DNA from: an uncultured Gammaproteobacteria bacterium
Lineage (GTDB): Bacteria; Patescibacteriota; Microgenomatia; Levybacterales; GWA1-39-11
NCBI GenBank assembly: GCA_964511965.1
Contig: CAZEGF010000006.1
Coordinates: 18,015-82,014 of the forward strand
DNA: 64,000 nucleotides
Reading direction: 5' to 3'
Positions 36,575 through 46,934 of this stretch are shown piece by piece (the first letter of the stretch is position 1; each line of letters begins with the position of its first letter). Below the pieces are notes generated by a model. That model was given only the letters and a program-made list of their open reading frames with translations, searched no databases and was not told the origin of the DNA. Position numbers and translations under genes: made by a program.

Positions 36575-38269
36575 ATGGCGGGTGCAGAAAATAGCGGCAA
36601 TTTAGAAAACGAGAGAAAATTTTTGCTCAGTGGTATGCCTCAACAAGCAGAAGGAGCTCCTTCTGTAGAAATTACCCAAGGTTATCTAGTTATAGAACCA
36701 GACCGAGAAGTTAGAGTCAGACAAGAGGGAGATAGATTTACTTTATGTAGAAAAACAGGTGAAGGTCGTATCAGAGGTGAGGATGAGTATGAAATCTCAC
36801 TGGAAGTTTTTAATATTTTATGGGGAGAAATAATTGGAAAACCAATCGAAAAAACAAGATTTACAGTACTTGAAGCCGGTACTGAAATGACGGTAGACAA
36901 ATATCGAGGAGAGCTTGAGGGTCTCATCGTTGCAGAGGCAGAATTCCCTGACGAAGAAAGTGCAAATAAGTTTGAAAAACCATCCTGGGTGGATGAAGAA
37001 GTCACTGGCGTCAAACGGTATAGCAATAAAAACTTAGCTCTTCATGGTTTGGATAAGTCAGAATCACAAAATACCGAAAATTCCCCCGAAAAAATTGAGA
37101 TTTCAGATGAAATGCTTGAAAGGTTTGTTAGCAAAGTAAAATCCCTTGTTGATGAAACCCACGACCGGTCGGTTAGAGTAGGGGTGGGAGGAAGAACAAG
37201 CGCCGGTAAAACAACTGCAGCAATTGGCAGATTGTTGTCTGAATTTCCAGATATGGTAACGGTTATATCTACTGACGATTTTGCAAAAGGATCTGAATAT
37301 TTGAAAGAGCAACTAGAAAAAGGGCGGAAATTAAATTATGACCACCCTGATTACTACGACACCCCCTATGCAAGACGGGTGATTGATACACTATCTGAGG
37401 GTGAGCCAGCTCTAAAGCCGGTATTTAATTTTAAAAAAGGTGAAGGCGAACCGGATGGTGAAGAAATGGTTGATTCTAAAAAAATAATTGTTGTTGAGGG
37501 GTTATATGCATTAAGTCCGGATCTTTTGGATATTTATGACACAACCGCCTTTGTTGATATCAGTATGCATGGAAGCATCATAAGACGTCTTATGCGTGAT
37601 GTGAAGAGAACCAATATGACTCCGGCACAAATTCTTCGCTACTATGTTGATTATGTTGAGCCAATGTATCAGGAATTTATTCTTCCAACAAAAGAAAAGA
37701 CTGAATTTGTTATTCAAAATGAATACGATCCGGCAGTTGAATCTGGGAGAAGTAATGCACGTGATGCTCAGGTGAAATTTATAGGTGATGTAGTTGATTC
37801 AGAACTTATTAAAAGTGGGAGTCAATATTTGGGAGAATTCGACCAGACGGACGAATATTTTTTCTTTGATAAAAATACAATAGACAGTCAAGAATATCTT
37901 AGGATCCGAAAAGATGGGATTAGACGGGTTCTTACTTACAAAGGACCACCTAACAGAGATGATCCTTACAATAACCGCGCAAGGATGGAGTTTGAGATCT
38001 CAGAAGAAGATGAGAAGTCTCTAAAATCAGGCGTTACACCAGATGTTGCTATCTATAAGAGAAGGAAAATGTATTTATTGGATGGTGCAGTTGTTATGAG
38101 AGATACTGTTAAAAGTGAACGGGATGGAGTGGCAAGAGATCTGGGAAATTTTGTCGAGATCCATCTGTCAGGAGACACATCATCAGACCCTGATACTCTT
38201 GAAAAAGTTTGTAATAAATTGAAATTGGATCCAGAAAATATCTCCAACACCTCATACAGTAGAATGTAG
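36575..38269 (+). CDS. CYTH - uridine-kinase-like P-loop - CYTH fusion protein
   Basis: ENERKFL/ITQGYL/VRVR (CYTH), GGRTSAGKTT/STDDF/NYDHP/VEGLYAL/RRLMRD (uridine kinase family), QTDEYF/LRIR/LTYKGP/FVEI (second CYTH); start could be 36557. Confidence 0.8.
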   Translation: MAGAENSGNLENERKFLLSGMPQQAEGAPSVEITQGYLVIEPDREVRVRQEGDRFTLCRKTGEGRIRGEDEYEISLEVFNILWGEIIGKPIEKTRFTVLEAGTEMTVDKYRGELEGLIVAEAEFPDEESANKFEKPSWVDEEVTGVKRYSNKNLALHGLDKSESQNTENSPEKIEISDEMLERFVSKVKSLVDETHDRSVRVGVGGRTSAGKTTAAIGRLLSEFPDMVTVISTDDFAKGSEYLKEQLEKGRKLNYDHPDYYDTPYARRVIDTLSEGEPALKPVFNFKKGEGEPDGEEMVDSKKIIVVEGLYALSPDLLDIYDTTAFVDISMHGSIIRRLMRDVKRTNMTPAQILRYYVDYVEPMYQEFILPTKEKTEFVIQNEYDPAVESGRSNARDAQVKFIGDVVDSELIKSGSQYLGEFDQTDEYFFFDKNTIDSQEYLRIRKDGIRRVLTYKGPPNRDDPYNNRARMEFEISEEDEKSLKSGVTPDVAIYKRRKMYLLDGAVVMRDTVKSERDGVARDLGNFVEIHLSGDTSSDPDTLEKVCNKLKLDPENISNTSYSRM

Positions 38270-38282
38270 TTGGAACTCCAAT

Positions 38283-38678
38283 TTATACGAGGTTACATAT
38301 TTTCTCTTTGATTTCATTTCTAATTTCTCTGAAGGTTTCAAGAGAACTATCAAAAGGATCTTTTATTGGTAATAATTTTATTTTTGGACTGTTTTTTAAG
38401 AAATCCGGTATGGATTCTTCAGGAGCCAATATATAGATTTCATCTGCTTCATCAACCATTTCTTTAGTTACGTATTTAACTTTATGATTTGAAACATCAA
38501 TCCCATCCTCTTTCATAACGTCAATTACTGCTTGAATAGGTTTTTTGTATTTCTCTGGGGTGTGATTTTGCAGTCCCGCACTCGTTGCATTGGAAGATTT
38601 AGTAAAGAAATTATAATAAGCTTCTGCCATTTGGCTTCTTGCAACATTTCCTGCACACACAAATAATACTTTTTTCAT
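38283..38678 (-). CDS. low-molecular-weight phosphatase / arsenate reductase ArsC family
   Basis: VLFVCAGNVARSQMAEA P-loop, SAG, DP; TATAAT 7 nt before ATG. Confidence 0.88.
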   Translation of the reverse strand: MKKVLFVCAGNVARSQMAEAYYNFFTKSSNATSAGLQNHTPEKYKKPIQAVIDVMKEDGIDVSNHKVKYVTKEMVDEADEIYILAPEESIPDFLKNSPKIKLLPIKDPFDSSLETFREIRNEIKEKICNLV

Positions 38679-38743
38679 CTTCAAAATTATAACAAACCTT
38701 CTTGTTTCAAAACTCCCTAATACGGTACAATAAAGTACTGCCC

Positions 38744-40447
38744 ATGAATAACGATCGTCCCCCAATTAATTGTGCTTACTTCTCCATGGAATTCATGTTG
38801 GAATCGGATATTCCTACATATGCAGGGGGACTTGGAGTTCTTGCCGGGGATCTGATGCGTTCTTGCGCTGACATGGGTGAGCCGGTTGTTGGGATGTCCC
38901 TCGTTTATAACGATAGTACTTATAAGCAAGTTATAAATCCTTCCGGTACTCAAAATTACGAACAGCTCGTCTGGCATAAAAATGATCAACTGACAAAATT
39001 ATCAAATAGAGTTGAAGTAACAATTCAAGGCCAGAAAGTCATTGTTGGCGTGTGGCGGTATGACATTGTTGGTATCGATGGTTATGTAGTGCCAGTCTTT
39101 CTTCTTGATACTGATTTTATCGACAATTCTGAGTATGCACGAAGCCTTACACAGAACCTTTATGAAGGGGGAGTTAGGCTTGATCAAGAAGTTTTGTTAG
39201 GCATGGCAGGCGTAAAAATGCTTCGGTCTCTTGGATATAACGACATCAAGACTTTCCATATGAATGAAGGACACGCTTCATTTGTTCCACTTGGGTTACT
39301 TGCTGAGAAAGGATTTAAGGATGAGGAAGTCAAAAAGCTCTGTGTATTTACAACACATACTCCAATTCCTGAAGGGCATGATAAATTTGATTACGATTAT
39401 GCCCATAAAGTTGCAGGAGATAATTTGCCATGGCATATACAAAAACTAGCCAGTGAAAAAGAGCTTCATATGACGATTCTTGGGATGAGTATGAGCAAAT
39501 ATATTTTTGGAGTTAGTCAAAAGCATGGACGAGTAAGTCAGAATATGTTCCCTCAATTTCATATCGGGGCTATAACAAATGGTGTGCATCACAGGACGTG
39601 GATAGGTACAGAACTTGCAAATCTTTATGATAAATTTTTACCTGAATGGGTACGATACCCTCGAGTATTTAAGAATGCTATTGAAAAAATTCCGGATGAA
39701 GAGTTGTGGAGAGCACACCAGGAAGAAAAAAGAAGACTTTTAGATCATGTTAATAACCATCTGACCTCTGTTTCAAATGAGCAAGAGCGTATAAATCCAC
39801 CAGAACCAGAGCAATTTGATATCGATACATTAACTATTTCACTTGCCAGAAGACTCGTACCATATAAAAGACCACTGCTTTTATATTCTGATTTTAATAG
39901 ACTTCTTGAGATAGGTGATGGTAAATTGCAAATCATCCAATGTGGTAAAGCAGCACCTGGGGACGAGGGAGCAAAGAGTTTTGTAAGGCAGATAATTGAT
40001 ATCTCAAAGCAATTAAAAGGACGCATAAAAGTTGTTTATTTGGAAAATTATTCACCACTTTTGGCCCGCCAACTCGTCCGTGGGTCAGATGTTTGGCTCA
40101 ATACTCCACGCCGTCCACTGGAGGCATCCGGAACATCAGGTATGAAAGCTGCCATGAATGGGGTGCTTAATTTTTCTGTTCTTGATGGATGGTGGATAGA
40201 GGGATATCAGATAGATAGTGAGTCAGGATTTTCGATAGGTCCAAATGATGAAAGTCTGACACCGGAAAACAATGACCAGCAGGATATTGATGATATGTAT
40301 AATAAGCTCCAAAACGAGATTATCCCTCTTTATTACAATAATAGGAAAGATTGGATCAATCGCATGAAACATGCAATAACTTTGGGTGGATACTTTAACA
40401 CCCACCGCTGCATCTCCGAATACAAAGAAAAAGCCTGGCAAGTATAG
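38744..40447 (+). CDS. glgP: alpha-glucan (glycogen) phosphorylase
   Basis: AYFSMEF, YAGGLGVLAGD, HMNEGH, FTTHTP, ITNGVH, EASGTSGMKAAMNG. Confidence 0.93.
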   Translation: MNNDRPPINCAYFSMEFMLESDIPTYAGGLGVLAGDLMRSCADMGEPVVGMSLVYNDSTYKQVINPSGTQNYEQLVWHKNDQLTKLSNRVEVTIQGQKVIVGVWRYDIVGIDGYVVPVFLLDTDFIDNSEYARSLTQNLYEGGVRLDQEVLLGMAGVKMLRSLGYNDIKTFHMNEGHASFVPLGLLAEKGFKDEEVKKLCVFTTHTPIPEGHDKFDYDYAHKVAGDNLPWHIQKLASEKELHMTILGMSMSKYIFGVSQKHGRVSQNMFPQFHIGAITNGVHHRTWIGTELANLYDKFLPEWVRYPRVFKNAIEKIPDEELWRAHQEEKRRLLDHVNNHLTSVSNEQERINPPEPEQFDIDTLTISLARRLVPYKRPLLLYSDFNRLLEIGDGKLQIIQCGKAAPGDEGAKSFVRQIIDISKQLKGRIKVVYLENYSPLLARQLVRGSDVWLNTPRRPLEASGTSGMKAAMNGVLNFSVLDGWWIEGYQIDSESGFSIGPNDESLTPENNDQQDIDDMYNKLQNEIIPLYYNNRKDWINRMKHAITLGGYFNTHRCISEYKEKAWQV

Positions 40448-40448
40448 T

Positions 40449-41144
40449 TTAGGTGTAGTAATAATCAACAATTCCTTTTGCTAGGATTTCATCAGAATTA
40501 AGAGTTCTATCTCCCAAAGCCTCATAATTTACAGCAAGTGGCAGCTCTGTGCAGCCCAATATGATTGCCTCAGCACCTTTTGAAAACATATCATTCAAAA
40601 CTCCAATATACTCATTTTTAGTTTGGCTGCTTTGAGTCCCTGCAATAACATTTCTTATCAATGTTTCTACCACTTTCAATTGTTCCTCCGTTGGCAAAAC
40701 GGTTTCAATAGATTTTTCTTTTAAAACCTTTTGATAGATCCCAGACCCAACAAGGACAGGAGTTCCAAGAAGTCCAACTTTTTTAAATCCGCGATTTACA
40801 CATTCATCAGCTACTAATTCGATCATAGAAATAAAAGGCACATCTGTTTGTGATCTTAGTTTTTCAAGCAAGATATGAACTGTGTTGCTTCCAATACATA
40901 ACCTTGTTGCCCCAGCAGATGACAGAGTTCTTGCTGACTCGATAAGCATTTGTTCTGCTGATTCAATATTATCTTTGTTGGAAATAAAATCTGGAACCGG
41001 TACAGAGTCAATTAAAATCCGGGGAAAATCAGAATTATTTTTAGCACTATATTTGCTCTGTGCAAACTCAATTATTTTTTCATAGATAAAGTCAGTTGAT
41101 TGCGGACCAACTCCGCCAATAATACCTATTTTCTTTGTATTCAT
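40449..41144 (-). CDS. aspartate/glutamate racemase family protein
   Basis: IGIIGGVGPQST, GSNTVH, VGLLGT, IILGCTELP. Confidence 0.9.
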   Translation of the reverse strand: MNTKKIGIIGGVGPQSTDFIYEKIIEFAQSKYSAKNNSDFPRILIDSVPVPDFISNKDNIESAEQMLIESARTLSSAGATRLCIGSNTVHILLEKLRSQTDVPFISMIELVADECVNRGFKKVGLLGTPVLVGSGIYQKVLKEKSIETVLPTEEQLKVVETLIRNVIAGTQSSQTKNEYIGVLNDMFSKGAEAIILGCTELPLAVNYEALGDRTLNSDEILAKGIVDYYYT

Positions 41145-41240
41145 ATGTGAAGTATAGCAAAATGTTTTATAACTGGTGAGCTTGATAAATATGCCCATTT
41201 TCTCTATTATGTTAATACTCTGAAAAGGAGTGTCACGCCC

Positions 41241-43415
41241 ATGCCAAAAAGAAAAAAGAGAAAACCCTACAAAAGAAGAAGTAAAGGACTCCAGCTCAAA
41301 AAAGGAACAGTATACACACTATCTGCAGTAGGGCTTGTCTTTGCGGCACTAGCATCAGCCGCTTCATACACGAGAAATGGTTCTGCTTTGATTCAGATCA
41401 ATGATTACTTGATAAATTTCTTCGGATTTTTTTCATTTTTAATTCCTATTATTTGTGTTCTTGTAGCCTTATTTATATTGCAAATGAAAAATAGTCTCTC
41501 CCGTCCAAATATTTCAATTGGTTTTATTGTATTTACTATTTCAATTCTCGGTTTATTCCAAAGTGGAATGGTAGGACACGATCTCTATTTCTACACAAAC
41601 AATATTATTGGTCCTATTCTTACCATGACCCTTTTTGCACTCGGTGCATTTATTGGATTTGTGGTTTGTATGAATTTGTCATTTACAGAGATTGGAATGT
41701 TTCTTTTCTCCTCTGTTAAAAATGCAGGGGTTGGTGTTGGAAAAGGAGTAACTCCATTACTAAAAACTAAAGATAAATTTGCGACCGATATGGCTCCCAT
41801 GACAATTAAAGGTCTTGGTGATGATGATCTTAAAATATCTGAGGCAAAGGTTGAAAAAGTTGCAGCTCCCGCCAAATCAGCAGCTCCAATCCCGATGCCT
41901 ACAAAGAAAGGTGTCCTACCAGAAGAAATGATATTAAATAAACCACTCGAGATGGGTATGTGGGAATACCCTCCGTTCTCGCTTCTTGCAGAGAATAAGG
42001 ATAAGAAACGTGATACCGGAGATGTTAAAAGAATTGCGGGAACAATTGAGCGCACTCTTCAAAGCTTTGGTGTTAAGGCTCAGGTTGCAGAAATTAATGT
42101 AGGTCCATCAGTTACCCAGTATGCAATTAGAATTCCTGAAGGAACCAAACTTACAAAAATAACAACACTTGCAAATGATTTGGCCCTTGCAACCGAGGCT
42201 CCGGGTGGGCAAATCAGAATTGAAGCACCAATTCCCGGTAGAAGTCTTGTTGGAATTGAAATACCAAATAAATCTTTGGAATTTGTATCGCTTCGCACAA
42301 TGCTTGAGAGCAAGAAAATGCAGGAATCCAAGTCAAAATTGGCTGTTCCATTGGGACTTAATGTTTCGGGTGAGGTAGTAGTTGCCGATATTGCAAAGAT
42401 GCCACATACCTTGATAGCCGGTACCACCGGTTCCGGAAAATCTGTCATGGTAAATGCATTTATTGCTTCAATACTATTTCGAGCATCTCCTTCTGAAGTT
42501 AAATTTATTATGATTGACCCTAAAAGGGTTGAGTTGACCGGATACAACGACATCCCACACTTACTGTCCCCAGTTATTGTGGAAGCAGACCAGTCGGTTA
42601 GTGCTTTGAAATGGGCTTTAAAAGAAATGGATAAGCGTTACACGAAATTTGCTGAAGCCGGAGTAAAAAATATTGATAGCTACAATGAACTTGCTGGATT
42701 TCAGGCAATTCCTTATATCGTTATTGTCATGGACGAGTTAGCTGACCTTATGGCGCTTGCTCCGGTTGAGGTTGAGGATAGTATTGCTCGTCTTGCTCAA
42801 ATGGCCCGTGCTACCGGAATTCATTTAGTTCTTGCTACACAAAGACCTTCGGTTGATGTCATAACCGGACTTATCAAAGCAAATATTCCTTGTCGTATCG
42901 CCTTTAACGTTTCATCAGGAATTGACTCAAAAGTTGTTATTGATTCTCCTGGCGCCGAAAAGTTATTAGGAAAAGGAGACATGCTTTTTGTCCCTCCAGA
43001 CCAGGCGCGGCCAACACGCATTCAGGGAACATTTGTATCAGATCAAGATGTAAAGCGTCTTGTTAACTTTATAAAGTCTAAAGGAATTCCTGTAGAATAC
43101 ACCTCAGAAGTTATTGAGCAAGCCGTTAACATAAAGGGCCGTGGGGGTAGTCTTTCAACCGTTAATGCAGGTGGGGACGGGCGAGATGAATTATTTGAAC
43201 AAACAGTCAGAATGATTAGTCAGCACGATAGAGCGTCAGCTTCACTTATTCAAAGACGATTACAAGTTGGTTTTAATCGTGCAGCCCGTCTTTTGGAACA
43301 ATTAGAAGAAGCAGGCGTTGTGGGTCCTGCTGATGGGTCAAAGCCCCGCGATGTATTAGTACGAAATGCTGATGAGTTCCTCAACGGCCCACAACAGGAA
43401 GAGTTTAGTAGTTAG
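41241..43415 (+). CDS. ftsK: DNA translocase FtsK/SpoIIIE
   Basis: N-terminal TMs, RIEAPIPG, IAGTTGSGKS, MIDPKRVEL, LATQRPSVDVITG, gamma domain SLIQRRLQVGFNRAAR. Confidence 0.96.
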   Translation: MPKRKKRKPYKRRSKGLQLKKGTVYTLSAVGLVFAALASAASYTRNGSALIQINDYLINFFGFFSFLIPIICVLVALFILQMKNSLSRPNISIGFIVFTISILGLFQSGMVGHDLYFYTNNIIGPILTMTLFALGAFIGFVVCMNLSFTEIGMFLFSSVKNAGVGVGKGVTPLLKTKDKFATDMAPMTIKGLGDDDLKISEAKVEKVAAPAKSAAPIPMPTKKGVLPEEMILNKPLEMGMWEYPPFSLLAENKDKKRDTGDVKRIAGTIERTLQSFGVKAQVAEINVGPSVTQYAIRIPEGTKLTKITTLANDLALATEAPGGQIRIEAPIPGRSLVGIEIPNKSLEFVSLRTMLESKKMQESKSKLAVPLGLNVSGEVVVADIAKMPHTLIAGTTGSGKSVMVNAFIASILFRASPSEVKFIMIDPKRVELTGYNDIPHLLSPVIVEADQSVSALKWALKEMDKRYTKFAEAGVKNIDSYNELAGFQAIPYIVIVMDELADLMALAPVEVEDSIARLAQMARATGIHLVLATQRPSVDVITGLIKANIPCRIAFNVSSGIDSKVVIDSPGAEKLLGKGDMLFVPPDQARPTRIQGTFVSDQDVKRLVNFIKSKGIPVEYTSEVIEQAVNIKGRGGSLSTVNAGGDGRDELFEQTVRMISQHDRASASLIQRRLQVGFNRAARLLEQLEEAGVVGPADGSKPRDVLVRNADEFLNGPQQEEFSS

Positions 43416-43445
43416 AAGCTATTAGCCAGAAGCAAACTAATAATT

Positions 43446-44072
43446 ATGAGAAAGATTTCTGAGATTCTTTCCGATGCCCGAATTGAAAAAGGTTATTCCT
43501 TGGAGCATGTAGTAAAAGCTACAAAAATCCGCAAAGAATTTCTTATAGCAATTGAAGAAGGGAGATATTTTGATCTTCCATCTGAGAGTTATGCATTGGG
43601 TTTTATAAAAAACTATGCTGTTTTTGTTGGGGTTGATAAAAATAAAGCCGCGGCACTTTTTAGGAGAGAGTATGAAGGTGGGCATAGCAAGGTTTTACCT
43701 ACTTTCAAAAGTAAAGACAGAAAATTAACGAGAAAAATATTTTTAACTCCAAGAAATCTTATTATTTCTCTTGTTGTAATAGTCATATTTGGATACATTG
43801 CTTTTCAGTACGGGTCATTTTTCCTGGGACCTCGTCTGGAAGTACTAACCCCAAAAGACCACTCTTTGGTTCGGAACAATATTGTTGAGGTGAGTGGCAA
43901 AACAGACCCTTATGCCACAGTTTTGATCAACAATGAGGAGTCATATGTTCAACTTGACGGTACTTTCAAAAAAACCCTCTACCTTTTTGAAGGTCAACGC
44001 CAAATAACTATCGATTCAAAAAACAGGAACGGTAAAAATACCAGAAAAGTCCTTCAAGTTATTGTACGCTAG
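43446..44072 (+). CDS. RodZ-like HTH membrane protein with C-terminal Ig-like domain
   Basis: TKIRKEFLIAIEEG.Y.DLP..YALGFIKNYA, TM helix; follows ftsK. Confidence 0.8.
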   Translation: MRKISEILSDARIEKGYSLEHVVKATKIRKEFLIAIEEGRYFDLPSESYALGFIKNYAVFVGVDKNKAAALFRREYEGGHSKVLPTFKSKDRKLTRKIFLTPRNLIISLVVIVIFGYIAFQYGSFFLGPRLEVLTPKDHSLVRNNIVEVSGKTDPYATVLINNEESYVQLDGTFKKTLYLFEGQRQITIDSKNRNGKNTRKVLQVIVR

Positions 44073-44178
44073 TACGGAATCTATATAGTTTGTACCTACT
44101 TTGAGATATTGATTTAAAAATTTTCACATGATAGGCTGAAGACCACCGATGTAAAGTATACGTCGGCAAGCTTTGCTT

Positions 44179-44454
44179 ATGATAGATACTGTCCAGGCTG
44201 TTCTACTATTTGTTATCGTGCTTTTGACTATTCTTTTTGTAGTTTTGGGCATTCAAGTTTTTTATATATTAAAAGACCTTCGAGTTACTCTTAAAAGAAC
44301 AAATAACATCCTTGAGAATGCTGAAAAAGTCTCCGATGGAGTAAGCAATTCAATTGAATCGGTTCAAAATATGTTTGGTGGTGCTTCAACCATTGGATCT
44401 ATAGCCGGACTTTTATCAATGTTCCGGCGTAAATCAAAGGAGAAAGAATCGTAA
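44179..44454 (+). CDS. small membrane protein (DUF948-like)
   Basis: N-terminal TM then coiled coil; adjacent to YtxH-like gene. Confidence 0.65.
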   Translation: MIDTVQAVLLFVIVLLTILFVVLGIQVFYILKDLRVTLKRTNNILENAEKVSDGVSNSIESVQNMFGGASTIGSIAGLLSMFRRKSKEKES

Positions 44455-44455
44455 T

Positions 44456-44749
44456 ATGCAAGAGAAACATGGACCTAGCGGACTTCTGGTTGGGCTTATA
44501 ATAGGCGCTGCAGTCGGTGCTTTGGTTAGTACAAAAAAAGGCCGAAAAATTCTCAAAGATGTAATTGACTACGGTATCGAATACGTTGGAAACACCGTTG
44601 ACATGGAGGATATTGAAACAATCCTTAACGATGATGAAGAAGAAATGATGGGTGGAGAAGTAGAAGCTGAAGGAAAAGTGGAAAAAGAGACAGAACCAGA
44701 AGAACCCTCCCGCCGCAAGAGACTATTTAGAGGAATTAAGAGGAAATAG
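44456..44749 (+). CDS. YtxH-like protein
   Basis: GLLVGLIIGAAVGALVSTKKGRK. Confidence 0.7.
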   Translation: MQEKHGPSGLLVGLIIGAAVGALVSTKKGRKILKDVIDYGIEYVGNTVDMEDIETILNDDEEEMMGGEVEAEGKVEKETEPEEPSRRKRLFRGIKRK

Positions 44750-46112
44750 CAGGATACCATCTTGTTATATTATTGGGTTCCTTTTCTCTGATAATTTTTC
44801 CAGTTTCTATAAGTTTATTTATATACATATTTATTGCCTTGTGGGGTAGACCTGATTCCTTAAGGGTTTTCATGATATCAGTAGTTCTTATTCCTGGATT
44901 TTGTAATATGATTTCATTGATTTTAATTAAGCTTGTGGAGTTGTTTATCGAATTCCCTTTATTCGACGATTCTTTATGAATAGCAAGCGCTTTAGGAGCA
45001 TATTCTTCCCAGGGAATATTTCTCCATTTATCTCTGAGGGCTTTCCCTTCTGGAGTATCAGTAAGAGCGATCCTTAAAGGTTCTAAAACCTCGGTTACTA
45101 ATTTTTCTCCTTCTTGAAGAATAGTCACAACAGATAAATTTCTCCCACCCTTAAATTCACCTCTATTTAAATATCCACCACGTGCTAGGTCTAAAACAAG
45201 ATTGCTAGCAACATTTCTTGTGCTGTTTGGGTTCTTTTTTTGCATCTCTGAATGTACTGCATCGATATTGAATTCACTTACCCCTTTTTGTGTAAGTGAT
45301 GAAATTGCTTCAAGGGCTGGTTTAAGGTTATATTTGTGTGTAGTGTGTGGGATATCGTGAAAATCTGGATTTATACTATAATTGATTTTCATTTTTGAAT
45401 TATCAGGACTTACGGAATCAAATAAAACAAGACCTTCATCCTGAAGTGCTGAGAGGGCATATGGAGCAACATTTGCTGGGCTTTCCAAAAAATCTATTAT
45501 ATCAACGATCCTGATATCCGAATCATTTTTTCTCTTTGCTAAATATTCTAATATTCTTGCTCTGTTGTAGGGTGCACGTGAATCTGTTTTTGAAATCGTA
45601 GATCCTAAAATTTTCTCAAATGCAATATTATTTTCGGCGGCATATTTTAGTAAAAATTTTGATATAGGATCTCCATACTCCCTCCCTGCTTGCGTTTGTG
45701 TAAATCCTACTGATTTTTCTTGAAAACCGGTATGGTATCCGACATCTTCAGCAACCATCCCAATAGGTATTAGAGATCTTTTTGCATGACCTCTTTGTAC
45801 AGCCCTTGCCGTTTTCCACGCTCCGTCAGAATTATGTACAAATGTCCTATGGAGGTCACCGCTTGAAATTATTGTTCCAGGAATGTTTGGAATGGAAAGG
45901 AACGTAATTTGTTTTCCAGCATGATTGGCAATAGACGAAAGAATAGCCGCATACCGTTCTTCCGGATCTGCTGGAAATTCCGATAGTCTGGTGATTTCAT
46001 CTTGTTCTACGTGTGGATCTTTTAACTCTGACACGATTCTTAATGCTTGTCTGGAGTCTGGATCTTGATGGGTTAAAATAAAGCTTCCATAAGAAGTTCC
46101 TTCATTTTCCAT
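44736..46112 (-). CDS. hypothetical protein, probable multiple winged-helix domains
   Basis: 458 aa ORF; segments such as LSALQDEGLV, LARGGYL, NPGIRTTDI..INKLIETGKI resemble wHTH ends. Confidence 0.6.
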   Translation of the reverse strand: MENEGTSYGSFILTHQDPDSRQALRIVSELKDPHVEQDEITRLSEFPADPEERYAAILSSIANHAGKQITFLSIPNIPGTIISSGDLHRTFVHNSDGAWKTARAVQRGHAKRSLIPIGMVAEDVGYHTGFQEKSVGFTQTQAGREYGDPISKFLLKYAAENNIAFEKILGSTISKTDSRAPYNRARILEYLAKRKNDSDIRIVDIIDFLESPANVAPYALSALQDEGLVLFDSVSPDNSKMKINYSINPDFHDIPHTTHKYNLKPALEAISSLTQKGVSEFNIDAVHSEMQKKNPNSTRNVASNLVLDLARGGYLNRGEFKGGRNLSVVTILQEGEKLVTEVLEPLRIALTDTPEGKALRDKWRNIPWEEYAPKALAIHKESSNKGNSINNSTSLIKINEIILQNPGIRTTDIMKTLKESGLPHKAINMYINKLIETGKIIREKEPNNITRWYPAISS

Positions 46113-46137
46113 ACATAAATCGTATCATAATAGGTTT

Positions 46138-46803
46138 TTAAGTGCTAAATTTATCTGCCCACGCAACCGGATCTTTGTGCCAATCTTTCACAAAGTCAAC
46201 TTGTTCATTTGGCCAGTATCCATGTTGATCAGCAACTTCCAAAACGTCAGGAAGAGTGGTTAGAGTAACCAAATGAATCCCTGCATTTTCTAACCGTTTT
46301 CTAGAATCAAAAAGCTCATAAGAAAAAATCGCATAAGCAGTATCTACAATTGCGCCCTTAGCTCTTATTGCCTCTGCAGATTTAAGTATTCCATCTCCTG
46401 TACTTACAGTGTCTTCCATGATTACGACCGTATCTCCTTCGTTTACAATCCCTTCAACTTGATCACCAGCACCATGATCTTTCGGATTTGGTCGGACGGG
46501 CACTTGAGGGATCCTAAGTCGATCGCCAACTCCTTTTGTCCATGGAGGACCAGCTGAAACAACACCGGCTAGAAGATCGGGACGTTTTGCAAATTGCATT
46601 TTAGAAACAAAATGGTCAACAACTTTTGTACTTCCATCAAGATCTCCGTGTAATATCCTTAGGTTAGAGTAAAAAGGGGTTAAAAGACCACCGCTCCATA
46701 TGTATTTTGGATAGTCAGCAATACTAAACACCTTGTCGCCGAGAAGAATCTGAGCAACTTCTACTTCTGAAGAAAATTCTGGAGGGCTTACTCTTTCTGC
46801 CAT
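46138..46803 (-). CDS. pyrE: orotate phosphoribosyltransferase
   Basis: WSGGLLTPFYSNLR, R..PKDHG, PRPP motif VVIMEDTVSTG. Confidence 0.88.
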   Translation of the reverse strand: MAERVSPPEFSSEVEVAQILLGDKVFSIADYPKYIWSGGLLTPFYSNLRILHGDLDGSTKVVDHFVSKMQFAKRPDLLAGVVSAGPPWTKGVGDRLRIPQVPVRPNPKDHGAGDQVEGIVNEGDTVVIMEDTVSTGDGILKSAEAIRAKGAIVDTAYAIFSYELFDSRKRLENAGIHLVTLTTLPDVLEVADQHGYWPNEQVDFVKDWHKDPVAWADKFST

Positions 46804-46934
46804 GGCTTAATAGTAGCAGTTTGATTTGATATTTCAAGAAGGGTTTGTACATAGTCTTGGTGCAATTTTTGTTTAAAAGATATAAAATTCACTTAGAATT
46901 TGTTATACCCGTAGGGTGCAATTCCTATACTTAT

